DNA from: an archaeon | GTDB lineage: Archaea; Undinarchaeota; CAZHTU01; JBDRCC01 | NCBI GenBank assembly: GCA_043822065.1 | Contig: JBDRCC010000021.1 | Coordinates: 54,691 to 118,690 of the forward strand | DNA: 64,000 nucleotides | Direction: 5' to 3' | Shown: positions 55,667 through 64,000 of the stretch, piece by piece | Numbering within the stretch: the stretch's first letter is position 1 | Layout: each line of letters opens with the position of its first letter | Translations under genes and position numbers: made by a program | The notes under the pieces: model-generated | Told to the model about the DNA's origin: nothing | What the model saw: the letters and a program-made list of their open reading frames with translations, nothing else | Databases searched by the model: none

Positions 55667-56212
55667 ATGCGCGCATTTATCGCGGTCCCGATAAGCGACG
55701 AGTCCAAGGAGCGCATTGCCGCCCTTATCCCGAAGCTCGCAGGCGGGAACTTCAACATAGTATACAAGGAGAACTTCCACCTCACCCTGAAATTCCTCGG
55801 CGAAATAGACGACCGCCAGCTGGAATCAGTCAAGTCCGTGCTATCCGGCTTCTCAAAGAATGAAAAGCGGTTCGAGGCGGAGCTGCAGTCGGTCGGCGTC
55901 TTCCCAAACCCTAGCTATATCAAGGTCATCTGGGTTGGCCTCAGCCCCGACAAGGAATATGCCGCCTTTGCCAAGCGGCTTGACGAGCGGCTTTCTTCCA
56001 TCAGCTTCAAAAAAGAAAAGTCCTACATCCCGCATATGACCTTCGCACGGGTCAAGTCCGTGAGCGAAAAGGACAAACTGAGGGAGTTCATAGACGCCCA
56101 TGCAAACGACACATTCGGCAGAGCCTCGGTTGACAGGGTAATCCTAATGAAGAGCGAGCTCCAGCCAGGCGGACCGGTTTACACCGAGCTTGCCTCTTAT
56201 CCATTGGCTTAG
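55667..56212 (+). CDS. thpR: RNA 2',3'-cyclic phosphodiesterase (2H family, LigT)
   Basis: MRAFIAV, HLTLKFLGE, PHMTFAR and SEL...GPVY motifs. Confidence 0.93.
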   Translation: MRAFIAVPISDESKERIAALIPKLAGGNFNIVYKENFHLTLKFLGEIDDRQLESVKSVLSGFSKNEKRFEAELQSVGVFPNPSYIKVIWVGLSPDKEYAAFAKRLDERLSSISFKKEKSYIPHMTFARVKSVSEKDKLREFIDAHANDTFGRASVDRVILMKSELQPGGPVYTELASYPLA

Positions 56213-56243
56213 TTATTTATACCTCGCTCCATTTACATCCCTC

Positions 56244-56714
56244 ATGCGGGGAATCTTGGGCGGAACATTCGACCATTTCCACATCGGGCACAAGCACTTC
56301 CTCAAGGAGTCCTTCCTGCACGCGGACGAGCTTATTATTGGAATCTCCTCTGACAAGTTTGCCAAGGCGCTCTCGAAACACCCACAGCCGCTCCAGGACT
56401 TCCGTACGAGGGAAGCAAAATTAGTGGAATACCTCAGAGTCACAGGAATGACTGACGACGTGCGCGTGATCGAGCTGAACGACACATACGGACCGGCGGC
56501 ATTCGAGGATGGCTTAGACGCCATCTTCTGCACCAGCGACACGCGCGCTGGCGCTGAAAAGATAAACCAGCTTCGGTTCGAGAAAGGCCTCCAGCCGCTC
56601 AGGGTTATGGAGATCCGCCTTGTGCGCACCGGTGACGGGAGCCCAGTCTCGTCTACACGAATCAGAAAGGGCGAAATAGACGAAAACGGGCATCGGAGGG
56701 AAGATGGAGATTGA
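56244..56714 (+). CDS. coaD: Phosphopantetheine adenylyltransferase (archaeal type)
   Basis: GGTFDHFHIGH, DTYGPA and VSSTRIRKGEID motifs. Confidence 0.9.
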   Translation: MRGILGGTFDHFHIGHKHFLKESFLHADELIIGISSDKFAKALSKHPQPLQDFRTREAKLVEYLRVTGMTDDVRVIELNDTYGPAAFEDGLDAIFCTSDTRAGAEKINQLRFEKGLQPLRVMEIRLVRTGDGSPVSSTRIRKGEIDENGHRREDGD

Positions 56715-57309
56715 AAAAGGAAAGCTGCTCGTGAAAACAGCGCGCGAGAAAATACTCGCCCACCTGTCCGGCAAAAAATACACCCTAAAAAGCGTGCCTG
56801 CAGAATTCAAGCGCAAGATGGGCGTATTCGTCACCCTTGAGACGCATCCGGCGCGTGAGCTCCGCGGATGCATAGGCTATCCCGAGCCAATTTTTCCTCT
56901 AATAGATGCTATTCTGGACGCGGCCGTCTCCGCCGCAACCAGGGACCCGAGGTTTCCCCCCGTCAGCGCTTCTGAAATGGAGAAGATAACAGTCGAGATC
57001 ACAGTCCTGACGCCGCCGAAGCAAATAAAAGTCTCAAGCCCGGCCGAATACCCCAAAAAAATAAAACTCGGGCGGGACGGCCTGATTGCTGAGGCGTCCG
57101 GCTTCAAGGGCCTTCTCCTCCCGCGGGTGCCTGTCGAGTGGAAATGGACTGTCGAGGAGTTCCTCAGCCACACCTGCCTGAAGGCAGGGCTTCCCCCTGA
57201 CCTCTGGAAATCCGGAAAAGTAGCCCTCTACTCATTTCAGGGCGAATTATTCGCAGAAGAGTCTCCTGGCGGAAATATAATAAAGAAAAACATCAAGAAT
57301 AATCTATAA
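56704..57309 (+). CDS. AMMECR1-domain protein
   Basis: GVFVTL, LRGCIG, DPRF, GRDGL, GLLLP and CLKAGL motifs. Confidence 0.93.
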   Translation: MEIEKGKLLVKTAREKILAHLSGKKYTLKSVPAEFKRKMGVFVTLETHPARELRGCIGYPEPIFPLIDAILDAAVSAATRDPRFPPVSASEMEKITVEITVLTPPKQIKVSSPAEYPKKIKLGRDGLIAEASGFKGLLLPRVPVEWKWTVEEFLSHTCLKAGLPPDLWKSGKVALYSFQGELFAEESPGGNIIKKNIKNNL

Positions 57310-57310
57310 C

Positions 57311-57823
57311 ATGGTTGAGCTGAAGAAACTGAAAAATGATGAAATAACTATTGATACATACAAAGACAAATATCATACGGAAATAATAAACTTAATACTC
57401 GGGATTCAGCAAAATGAGTTCCACGTACCTATATCTCTACAAGATCAACCAGACCTAATAAACATTCCAAAGTTTTATCAAACTAGGAACGGACAGTTCT
57501 GGGTAGCTTTATACAATAATCGAGTCGTTGGAACATTAGGGTTACTTGATATCGGCAATAGACAAGGAGTTTTACGAAAAATGTTTGTTGAAACGTCATT
57601 CCGTGGAAGTCAAATAGGAACAGCAAAAATATTATTGAATGAATTGATTAAATGAGCAAAAAAACATGATTTAAAAGGGATATACCTAGGAACAGTTGGA
57701 TCATACAAAGTTGCCCATCGTTTTTATGAAAAAAATAAGTATATTGAGATTAATAAAAAGGATTTGCCAAGGGGCTTTCCCATAATGAATGTGGATACAA
57801 AATTTTACTATTACAAAGTATAA
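57311..57823 (+). pseudogene. AT-rich GNAT acetyltransferase with an in-frame TGA at 57653-57655
   Basis: The frame continues for 55 sense codons after the TGA (AKKHDLKGIYLGT...AHRFYEKN...FPIMNVDTKFY), completing the GNAT fold. Confidence 0.85.
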
Positions 57824-57832
57824 TTTTCTTTA

Positions 57833-57853
57833 TTGAAGGGACACTTCCTTCAA
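57833..57853. terminator. Hairpin between the convergent GNAT and pyrH genes
   Basis: TTGAAGG-GACACTT-CCTTCAA. Confidence 0.45.
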
Positions 57854-57884
57854 GCTACCTCCCTACCCTCATCTCTCTTATCAT

Positions 57885-58547
57885 CTACCTGATTTCTGTG
57901 CCGTCGTGCTTCCCGTCGACTGCCCTTATGACATTCTCAGGGTCCTTTCCGTCAATAACAAGCGTCCTTATCTTTGACCGCTCAATCACCTTTGCCGCGA
58001 GCAGGTCTATCACGACGTTAGGCCCGGCAGCCATCAGGTAGCCGGCGCAAAGTTTGACCAGGTCTGGCGCTGACAGCCTCTTGAACTTCTTCGCGTCTGA
58101 AAATTTCCTCGGGTCCTTGTCGTACACGCCGTCCACGTTTGTCACGTTTATGAAAAGGTCAGCCCGCCAGGACTCCGCCAGCAGGGCAGAGACCGCGTCC
58201 GTGGTGTGGCCAGGCACAGTCCCGCCCATCACGACGACCTTGCCCTCAATCTTGAGCGCGTCAGCCACGGTCTTCACGACCTCAGGGTAGCAGTTCTCCA
58301 CCGCAGGTATGAGCAGGCTTGCGTTCAGCCGGGTGCAGTCTATGCCGAGCTGGTCGCAGAAGCCCTCGTTCGCGCCGAGCGCGCGGGCGACGGAGATGTA
58401 CTTCCTTGCAATTTTCCCCCCGCCTACCACGACCTTGACGTCGTGCTCCTTGGATAACCTTGAAATGGCCTTTCCGTAGCCCCTTACCCGCTCCTCTTCA
58501 AGCTCTGGCACAAGCACGGAGCCGCCAAGTGAGATGACCACCTTCAT
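57885..58547 (-). CDS. pyrH: UMP kinase (archaeal)
   Basis: ISLGGS, VVGGGKIAR, PGHTTDAV and TNVDGVYDKDP motifs. Confidence 0.95.
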   Translation of the reverse strand: MKVVISLGGSVLVPELEEERVRGYGKAISRLSKEHDVKVVVGGGKIARKYISVARALGANEGFCDQLGIDCTRLNASLLIPAVENCYPEVVKTVADALKIEGKVVVMGGTVPGHTTDAVSALLAESWRADLFINVTNVDGVYDKDPRKFSDAKKFKRLSAPDLVKLCAGYLMAAGPNVVIDLLAAKVIERSKIRTLVIDGKDPENVIRAVDGKHDGTEIR

Positions 58548-59212
58548 TTGCTTATCTTCCGGGCAGCGTCACTAATAAGCTTTTTTGAGAGCTTTCCTGC
58601 CTTGAGCGACTTTATCCCCTTAATCTCATCCGGGCTGGCCCGCGTCCAGTAAGACCCAAAGTGGTATGATAGGTAGCGCAGGAGCTTCTCGTCCTTGCCA
58701 TATCCGTCCACAACTATCGTTGACGCCTCGTCGCCGACCTTTGATTTTTCGACCGCCTTCAGGACGCGCAGCACGTCGTCGTGGCTTTCTACCGGTGCGC
58801 AGACCCGAACTATTATCCCCATCTTCTTGGCATCCTCTATCGCGTCGACAATATCATTCTCCAGCGGAAGCATCCTGTAATGGATTGAAACCACGCTGAC
58901 CGTGCTTCCCTTCTCAAGGTGCAGTATTACGTCGCTCTTGTACTGCGGGGCAATCTCCCGTTCGACCTCAACAAAGTCCGCGACTTCAGAGAACTCCTTG
59001 AGCCGCTTTATCCTGTCGCCCTCATAACCCTTGAACTCTCCGCCTGCCCAGTCAGGCCTCATGACGGCGACGGTCTGCAGGCTGGACTCCTCAAAAACCT
59101 TTTTGTCGTTCACCTTGTCTAAGTGTATCTCGACAAGGCCAGCCCCGGCTTTCTTCGCAGCTTCAATCTGCTTTAGCGCGTCCGGCCCCTTAATCTGAAC
59201 TATGAATCTCAT
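58544..59212 (-). CDS. Type I 3-dehydroquinate dehydratase-like TIM barrel (degenerate active site)
   Basis: GAGLVEIHLD, MRPDWAGGEFKG, DFVEVE, VSIH and IVRVCAP..S.DDVL follow the AroD layout. Confidence 0.65.
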   Translation of the reverse strand: MRFIVQIKGPDALKQIEAAKKAGAGLVEIHLDKVNDKKVFEESSLQTVAVMRPDWAGGEFKGYEGDRIKRLKEFSEVADFVEVEREIAPQYKSDVILHLEKGSTVSVVSIHYRMLPLENDIVDAIEDAKKMGIIVRVCAPVESHDDVLRVLKAVEKSKVGDEASTIVVDGYGKDEKLLRYLSYHFGSYWTRASPDEIKGIKSLKAGKLSKKLISDAARKISK

Positions 59213-59259
59213 GACAAATCTTATTAATCAATAATGCTTTGTGATTTTTATAGAGAACG

Positions 59260-60336
59260 ATGGACATCGAAAAAAGGATAGAACTGGTAAAGAAGCTCCC
59301 AACCGAGGAGCTTATAACCGAGGAGGACCTCCGCAGGCTCTTTGAGGAAAAGAAGCACCCTGCGGCATACGACGGGTTCGAGCCGTCCGGCCTTCTCCAC
59401 CTCGGCTCAGGCGTCATGCGGGCGATAAAGCTCAAGGACATGATGGATGCCGGAGTGAATTTCAAGCTCTTCATCGCCGACTGGCATGCATGGGTCAACC
59501 AGAAGTTCGGCGGCGACCTTGAAAAAATTCAGACCGCAGGAAAGTACTTCATGGAGGGCTGGAAGGCGTGCGGCGTTGACATGTCCAAGACCGAAGTCGT
59601 CTGGGCTTCAGACCTTGTCAAGGACCCGGAATACTGGAAGACAGTGCTTGACGTGGCAAGGAAGACCACCCTTAAGCGGATGATTCGCGCCGGGACAATC
59701 ATGGGAAGAAAAGAGGAGGACATGCTCTACACCGGGCAGCTTTTCTACGGGGCAATGCAGGCGACAGACCCATTCTACCTAAAGGTCGACATATGCCAGC
59801 TCGGGATGGACCAGCGCAAGGTCACAATACTATCGCGGGAAATTGCGGAATCCCTCGGCTTCAGGCCGGTTGTCTGCGTGCACCACCACCTCCTCCTTGG
59901 GCTTTCAGGCCCGGTCCGCATGGGCAAGTGCGAGCCAGAGGACGCTGTTGAGAACAAGATGTCAAAATCAGTGGCAGGGAGCTGCATCTACATCCATGAC
60001 TCTGAAGCGGAGATAAAATCAAAAATAAACTCAGCATACTGCCCAGAGAAGGTCATTGACTCCAACCCGGTTGTTGAGCTCTGGAAGTACATAATATTCA
60101 ACAAGTTTGATTCCAGGACGATAAGGCGCCCTGCAAAATTCGGCGGCGACATCGAAGTCCAATCCTATGCAGAGCTTGAGACGAAGTACTCCTCCGGCGG
60201 CCTGCACCCAATGGACCTGAAGTCCGCGACTGCCGAAGCTCTGAACGAGATACTCGAGCCTGTCCGCAAGCACTTCTCCAAGGGCAAGCCGAGCGAGCTG
60301 TACGAGAAGGTCAAAAGCTTCCAGCTCACGCGCTAA
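59260..60336 (+). CDS. tyrS: Tyrosine-tRNA ligase (archaeal type)
   Basis: YDGFEPSGLLHLG, IADWHA, YGAMQATD, LGMDQRK, KMSKS and LHPMDLK motifs. Confidence 0.96.
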   Translation: MDIEKRIELVKKLPTEELITEEDLRRLFEEKKHPAAYDGFEPSGLLHLGSGVMRAIKLKDMMDAGVNFKLFIADWHAWVNQKFGGDLEKIQTAGKYFMEGWKACGVDMSKTEVVWASDLVKDPEYWKTVLDVARKTTLKRMIRAGTIMGRKEEDMLYTGQLFYGAMQATDPFYLKVDICQLGMDQRKVTILSREIAESLGFRPVVCVHHHLLLGLSGPVRMGKCEPEDAVENKMSKSVAGSCIYIHDSEAEIKSKINSAYCPEKVIDSNPVVELWKYIIFNKFDSRTIRRPAKFGGDIEVQSYAELETKYSSGGLHPMDLKSATAEALNEILEPVRKHFSKGKPSELYEKVKSFQLTR

Positions 60337-60337
60337 A

Positions 60338-60345
60338 TATAAATA
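60338..60345 (+). promoter_or_regulatory. TATA box for the serS leader transcript
   Basis: TATAAATA ends 22 nt before the uORF ATG, the same spacing as other leaderless genes in the window. Confidence 0.6.
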
Positions 60346-60367
60346 ACATTATCACCATCTCCCTACC

Positions 60368-60400
60368 ATGGCATTCGGGGAATCATCCTCTAGTTCTTGA
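60368..60400 (+). CDS. Putative serine-sensing leader peptide MAFGESSSSS
   Basis: ATG GCA TTC GGG GAA TCA TCC TCT AGT TCT TGA; five tandem Ser codons, 117 nt upstream of serS. Confidence 0.7.
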   Translation: MAFGESSSSS

Positions 60401-60476
60401 AGACTCATACAGCCCCCGCTATGCCCAACAAAAAACAAGCCGGGCAGCCAGGGGTTTATGAATTCAAGGGCGCCAT
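60395..60476 (+). promoter_or_regulatory. Long irregular hairpin overlapping the leader stop codon (candidate attenuator)
   Basis: Nested pairings CTTGAA/TTCAAG, TCATA/TATGA, AGCCCC/GGGGTT and TGCCC/GGGCA around an A-rich loop. Confidence 0.6.
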
Positions 60477-60517
60477 AAAGATAAATATGCAAAAAACATT
60501 GGGAAGTGTGATGAAAC

Positions 60518-62026
60518 ATGAAATTTGAGCTGAAAGGCAGCATGGCCCTGACGAAAAAAATAGAGAAGAAAGTGCTTGAGCCCCTAATCTCTGAGGCGAA
60601 CAAGACCATAATGAAGAAGGGCGCCTCCTCCGGCGGCGGCTCCACTATCGACTCTTTTTCAGTCTCAGGCACCGACCTGAAGCTCGAGATATCCAGCGAC
60701 CGCTACGTCCGCGCCCATGACGGCATGCTCCGCCTGAGGAAGTTCCTTGCGGAAAAAGCCGGAAGGGAGCACAAAATCGGCTTTCGCGGGATTACTATTG
60801 ACGAGTACAAGATAACTTTCGACGTGCCAGCCCCGCCTGAAAAGGAAATCAAGCTCCCGCTGGTAACCAAGATTTCATTCTCCGGTAAGAAGTGCACCGT
60901 CCTCCTGAAAAACATAGACGAGGACTTCCTTGCGAAGAACTACATCGACCGGATAATCAACCTCATCAATGAGAAGGCCCAGCCGGGCTACGGCGGCAAG
61001 ACCGAGCACTGGGAGCTCCTCTGGCAGTCCGGAAAGAAAAACCATATTTGGGACAAGGACCCGACAGCCGAAATGGAAAAGCTCGGCTGGCTGCAGCGGA
61101 CAAAGTCCCGCGGGCAGTGGATATTCGGCCCAGTCCCGACACAGATAATGCGGACGATGGAGCAGATAGTGGTCGACGAGATAATCAAGCCGCTCGGCTT
61201 CAGGGAGATGATTTTCCCGAAGCTCGTCACCTGGGACGTCTGGGCGAAGTCCGGCCATGCGAAGGGCATATACCCGGAAGCCTACTACGTCTGCCCGCCC
61301 AAGACCAGGGACAAGGAGTACTGGGAAGACGTCATAGACTACTTCAAGATAACCGGCGAGGTCGACACCAAGACCATCAAGGAGAAAATCAAGGAGCCGA
61401 TTGGCGGAATGTGCTACGCGCAGTGCCCGCCCTTCTGGCCATACCTCGACGGCAAGACGCTTTCGAAGGACGACCTCCCGCTTAGGGTGTTCGACAGGTC
61501 AGGCCCCTCCTTCCGCTACGAGGGCGGCGGCATCCACGGGATAGAGCGCGTGGACGAGTTCCACAGGGTTGAGCTTGTCTGGATGGGCACCCCGGAGCAG
61601 ACGTCCAAGGTCCACCAGGACATCCACGACAGGTTCCAGGAGATATTCAAGAACATCTTTGACTTCGAGGTCAGGACTGCATGGGTCACGCCATGGTTCC
61701 TTGCGCAGGAGGGCTCGACAAAGCTCGCTGACGAGAAGAAGACTATAGGCACAATCGATTTTGAGGCATACCTGCCCTACCGCGGGACGCGCGAGGACAG
61801 CGAGTGGCTCGAGTTCCAGAACGCATCGAACAACGGCCCGAAATACCCCGTCGCATTCAACGTCAAGGCGCAGGGCAACCCGGAGCTTTGGTCAGGCTGC
61901 GTCGGCGTCGGATTGGAGCGCTGGCTTGCAGTCTTTGCAGCGCAGAAAGGGCTCGACCCGAAGAACTGGCCTGAGCCGTTCAAGAGACGGTTCGGCGGGA
62001 ATGCCAGCGGGTTCAGGTTCCTTTAG
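60518..62026 (+). CDS. serS: Serine-tRNA ligase, methanogen (rare, Zn-dependent) type
   Basis: Long N-domain with RYVRAHDGMLRLRK; motifs YAQCPPF, DRSGPSFRYEGGG..GIERVDEFHRVE, WLEFQN and WSGCVGVGLERW. Confidence 0.93.
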   Translation: MKFELKGSMALTKKIEKKVLEPLISEANKTIMKKGASSGGGSTIDSFSVSGTDLKLEISSDRYVRAHDGMLRLRKFLAEKAGREHKIGFRGITIDEYKITFDVPAPPEKEIKLPLVTKISFSGKKCTVLLKNIDEDFLAKNYIDRIINLINEKAQPGYGGKTEHWELLWQSGKKNHIWDKDPTAEMEKLGWLQRTKSRGQWIFGPVPTQIMRTMEQIVVDEIIKPLGFREMIFPKLVTWDVWAKSGHAKGIYPEAYYVCPPKTRDKEYWEDVIDYFKITGEVDTKTIKEKIKEPIGGMCYAQCPPFWPYLDGKTLSKDDLPLRVFDRSGPSFRYEGGGIHGIERVDEFHRVELVWMGTPEQTSKVHQDIHDRFQEIFKNIFDFEVRTAWVTPWFLAQEGSTKLADEKKTIGTIDFEAYLPYRGTREDSEWLEFQNASNNGPKYPVAFNVKAQGNPELWSGCVGVGLERWLAVFAAQKGLDPKNWPEPFKRRFGGNASGFRFL

Positions 62027-63137
62027 CCGCCAATAGCAGCTTTGGATTCTCGAGTATGCCTGGCGTGTGCCTGCACAGGAGGACGAGCATCATTATCATC
62101 TCCTTGCAGGCCTTAGTGTTCTTAAGCTTCAGCCCAGCCGAGTCGAGGCTCTCAATTATTAAGTCCATGCACCAGTGGTCTATCTCAGATACTCCCCCCT
62201 TATCATTAGAATTTTTTATAAGCTGGGCAATTGTAACCTTTAGGGTGCTATTCCGGAGAATATGCGCAATCGCCTTCAGCCCGTCGTTGTTTAGGTAGGC
62301 TGAAGCAAACTTGAACCTTATGCTGATGCCGAACATGTTCGGCGAGAAAAGCTCGTTTTCTGCTGCCCCCCTTGCATGCCCCCAGTCCTTGCGGAATACT
62401 GCAGACGAAATGTCCCATACTCCAAGAGCCCACGTCAGGACCATGCACGCCCTTGCTATTTTGTTGGTCATCCTCTCGGTCCCCTCTGACAGGAGGATAG
62501 TGTTTGTTATCGGGAACTCCGTCGTCATCCCCGTCTGGACAGCCTTCCGCATGTAGTTTGTATTCTCCGCAAACTTCTCGAAGTCTCCCTCCTCCGCGTA
62601 TTTTACAAGGCTCTGGAGGCTGTACTTCTGGTCCGAATAATACTTGATAAGGTTGTCAAGGGCATAGCTGCTCTTTTCCTCGAGAAGGGCAAACGCAATC
62701 TTTTTAGAGATTATCTCCCGGATAATCTCATTCTTGATGACCTTTTCAAAGATAATCGCATTAGGTTTCTTCTCAGACGACCAGGCAAACTCAAAGCTTT
62801 CTGGCGTCCGGTCAATCCCCTTCTTCTTGCTGGCAATAGACAGTATATCCCTTGTCTCGCGCTCAATCTCCTTTGAAACAGCCTCAATCTTCTCATTTGT
62901 CGCAAGGTCGCCTATATGCGAATAAACAAACCTGAAGAAAATACCTGCGTCCATGCCGCTGGTAAATTTTTCGATGTCGCACTCCTTCTGCATCTGAAGC
63001 TTCCGCCCGACGGCGGCGACAAGCCCCTCTTCCTTAACCTTCTTCGAGAGCTTCTCCTCCGAGTCCCTAAGCCCGTTCTTAAGCGTATTCAGGGCAAGTT
63101 CATATCCAGACGGCGTAAGTTTCTCTTCAAGTTTCAT
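62013..63137 (-). CDS. Hypothetical helical protein (374 aa)
   Basis: Long ORF with ATG start and TATA upstream; no recognisable motif. Confidence 0.65.
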   Translation of the reverse strand: MKLEEKLTPSGYELALNTLKNGLRDSEEKLSKKVKEEGLVAAVGRKLQMQKECDIEKFTSGMDAGIFFRFVYSHIGDLATNEKIEAVSKEIERETRDILSIASKKKGIDRTPESFEFAWSSEKKPNAIIFEKVIKNEIIREIISKKIAFALLEEKSSYALDNLIKYYSDQKYSLQSLVKYAEEGDFEKFAENTNYMRKAVQTGMTTEFPITNTILLSEGTERMTNKIARACMVLTWALGVWDISSAVFRKDWGHARGAAENELFSPNMFGISIRFKFASAYLNNDGLKAIAHILRNSTLKVTIAQLIKNSNDKGGVSEIDHWCMDLIIESLDSAGLKLKNTKACKEMIMMLVLLCRHTPGILENPKLLLAAKGT

Positions 63138-63227
63138 ACTCCACTTATCTGTGTTTTACTTTAATAAGCTTTATCCATCGAGAAAAAGCTTATTAATCGG
63201 ATTTCCATCTACCTGCCGTGATAGAGC

Positions 63228-64000
63228 ATGAAATTTGAAAAGCCGCTTTTAATGATACCTGGACCGGTCGAGGTCTACAAGGAAGTATATGATGTATTGG
63301 GCGAGCCGATAATCGGGCACAGGACCTCTGACTTTGGCGCCCTTTACCGCGAAGTCTCAAAGAAGGCTGGCAAGGTCTTCGAGACGAAGAATGATGTTTA
63401 TCTCCTTACCTCTTCAGGCTCTGGTGCAATCGAAACCGCAGTGGTCAACACAATCAGCCCGGGGGACAAGGTCCTTTCAGTGGTCATCGGCGTCTTCGGC
63501 GACAGGTTTGCCAAAATGGCAAGGACCTACGGCGGCGACGTCACCGAGCTCAAGATTGACTGGGGCAAGGGTGCGACCCCGCAGCAGGTGAGGAAGGCGC
63601 TTGATGTGTCAGGCGCAGACATAATCACAATCACGCACAACGAGACATCGACCGGCTGCACAAACCCAATCGGCGAGATTGCGGAAGAGGTTGCGGACGA
63701 CGCGCTGATGCTCGTCGACGGCGTGTCGTCAGTCGGCGGGATAAAGTACCAGCACGACAAGTGGAACATCGGCGTTTCCCTTACCGGCTCGCAGAAGGCT
63801 CTCTGCGTCCCGCCAGGGCTCGCCCTCATAACATTCTCAAAGCGCGCATGGGAAAAGGTCGAGCAGACCACGACCCCGCGGTACTACTTTGACATACGAA
63901 AATACAAGAAGTACTACGACGAGAAGGGGGAGACCCCGTACACCCCGGCAATCGGCCTAGTGATGGCGATTGACAAGTCCCTTGACATAATTCTGGAGAC
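63228..64000 (+). CDS. Class V PLP aminotransferase (serine-pyruvate/phosphoserine aminotransferase-like), truncated by the window end
   Basis: Read directly from sequence: LLMIPGPVEV, IGHRT, SSGSGAIE, THNETSTG, LVDGVSS and TGSQKALCVPPGL (PLP Lys). Confidence 0.92.
   Translation, partial: MKFEKPLLMIPGPVEVYKEVYDVLGEPIIGHRTSDFGALYREVSKKAGKVFETKNDVYLLTSSGSGAIETAVVNTISPGDKVLSVVIGVFGDRFAKMARTYGGDVTELKIDWGKGATPQQVRKALDVSGADIITITHNETSTGCTNPIGEIAEEVADDALMLVDGVSSVGGIKYQHDKWNIGVSLTGSQKALCVPPGLALITFSKRAWEKVEQTTTPRYYFDIRKYKKYYDEKGETPYTPAIGLVMAIDKSLDIILE

Noticed and set aside
57653-57655. Selenocysteine or genome-wide UGA recoding
   Set aside because: The context suggests Trp rather than Cys, no SECIS-like element is evident, and TGA terminates many conserved genes in the window.
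60401-60517. T-box riboswitch upstream of serS
   Set aside because: No T-box consensus (GGTGGNACCGCG), no stem I AG/GNUG motifs, and the region is too short.
60352-60672. 106-aa minus-strand ORF covering the serS leader
   Set aside because: It is antisense to the serS start and has no protein-like features; the plus-strand uORF and hairpin explain the region better.

Overview
Archaeal chromosomal segment. Archaeal markers include aTrm56, RadA, multi-OB RPA, a 7S SRP RNA with an Alu domain, tRNA-Ser(GCU), DUF424, AMMECR1, PGI/PMI and many TATA-proximal, apparently leaderless starts. The lineage cannot be fixed from sequence alone; the gene mix suggests an uncultured DPANN-like or deep euryarchaeal organism. 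Housekeeping genes (ileS, alaX, guaB, trkAH, mtnA, pyrH, coaD, tyrS, methanogen-type serS, divergent ATP-type PEP carboxykinase) alternate with an aryl-acid/aromatic amino acid cluster (SSS symporter, paaK, aminotransferase, iorAB), three very large surface proteins and three AT-rich islets. There is no CRISPR array, transposase or integrase. The strongest unexplained signal is a 10-codon uORF, MAFGESSSSS (five consecutive Ser codons), directly upstream of serS. It has its own TATA box and overlaps a long alternative RNA hairpin, which makes it a candidate serine-sensing, ribosome-mediated attenuator in an archaeon. Other leads are a dispersed triplex-capable ~50-bp repeat family (one copy inside a diverged duplication of a gene's 3' end), a small-peptide/ABC-exporter/SdpI cluster, and three interrupted accessory genes.
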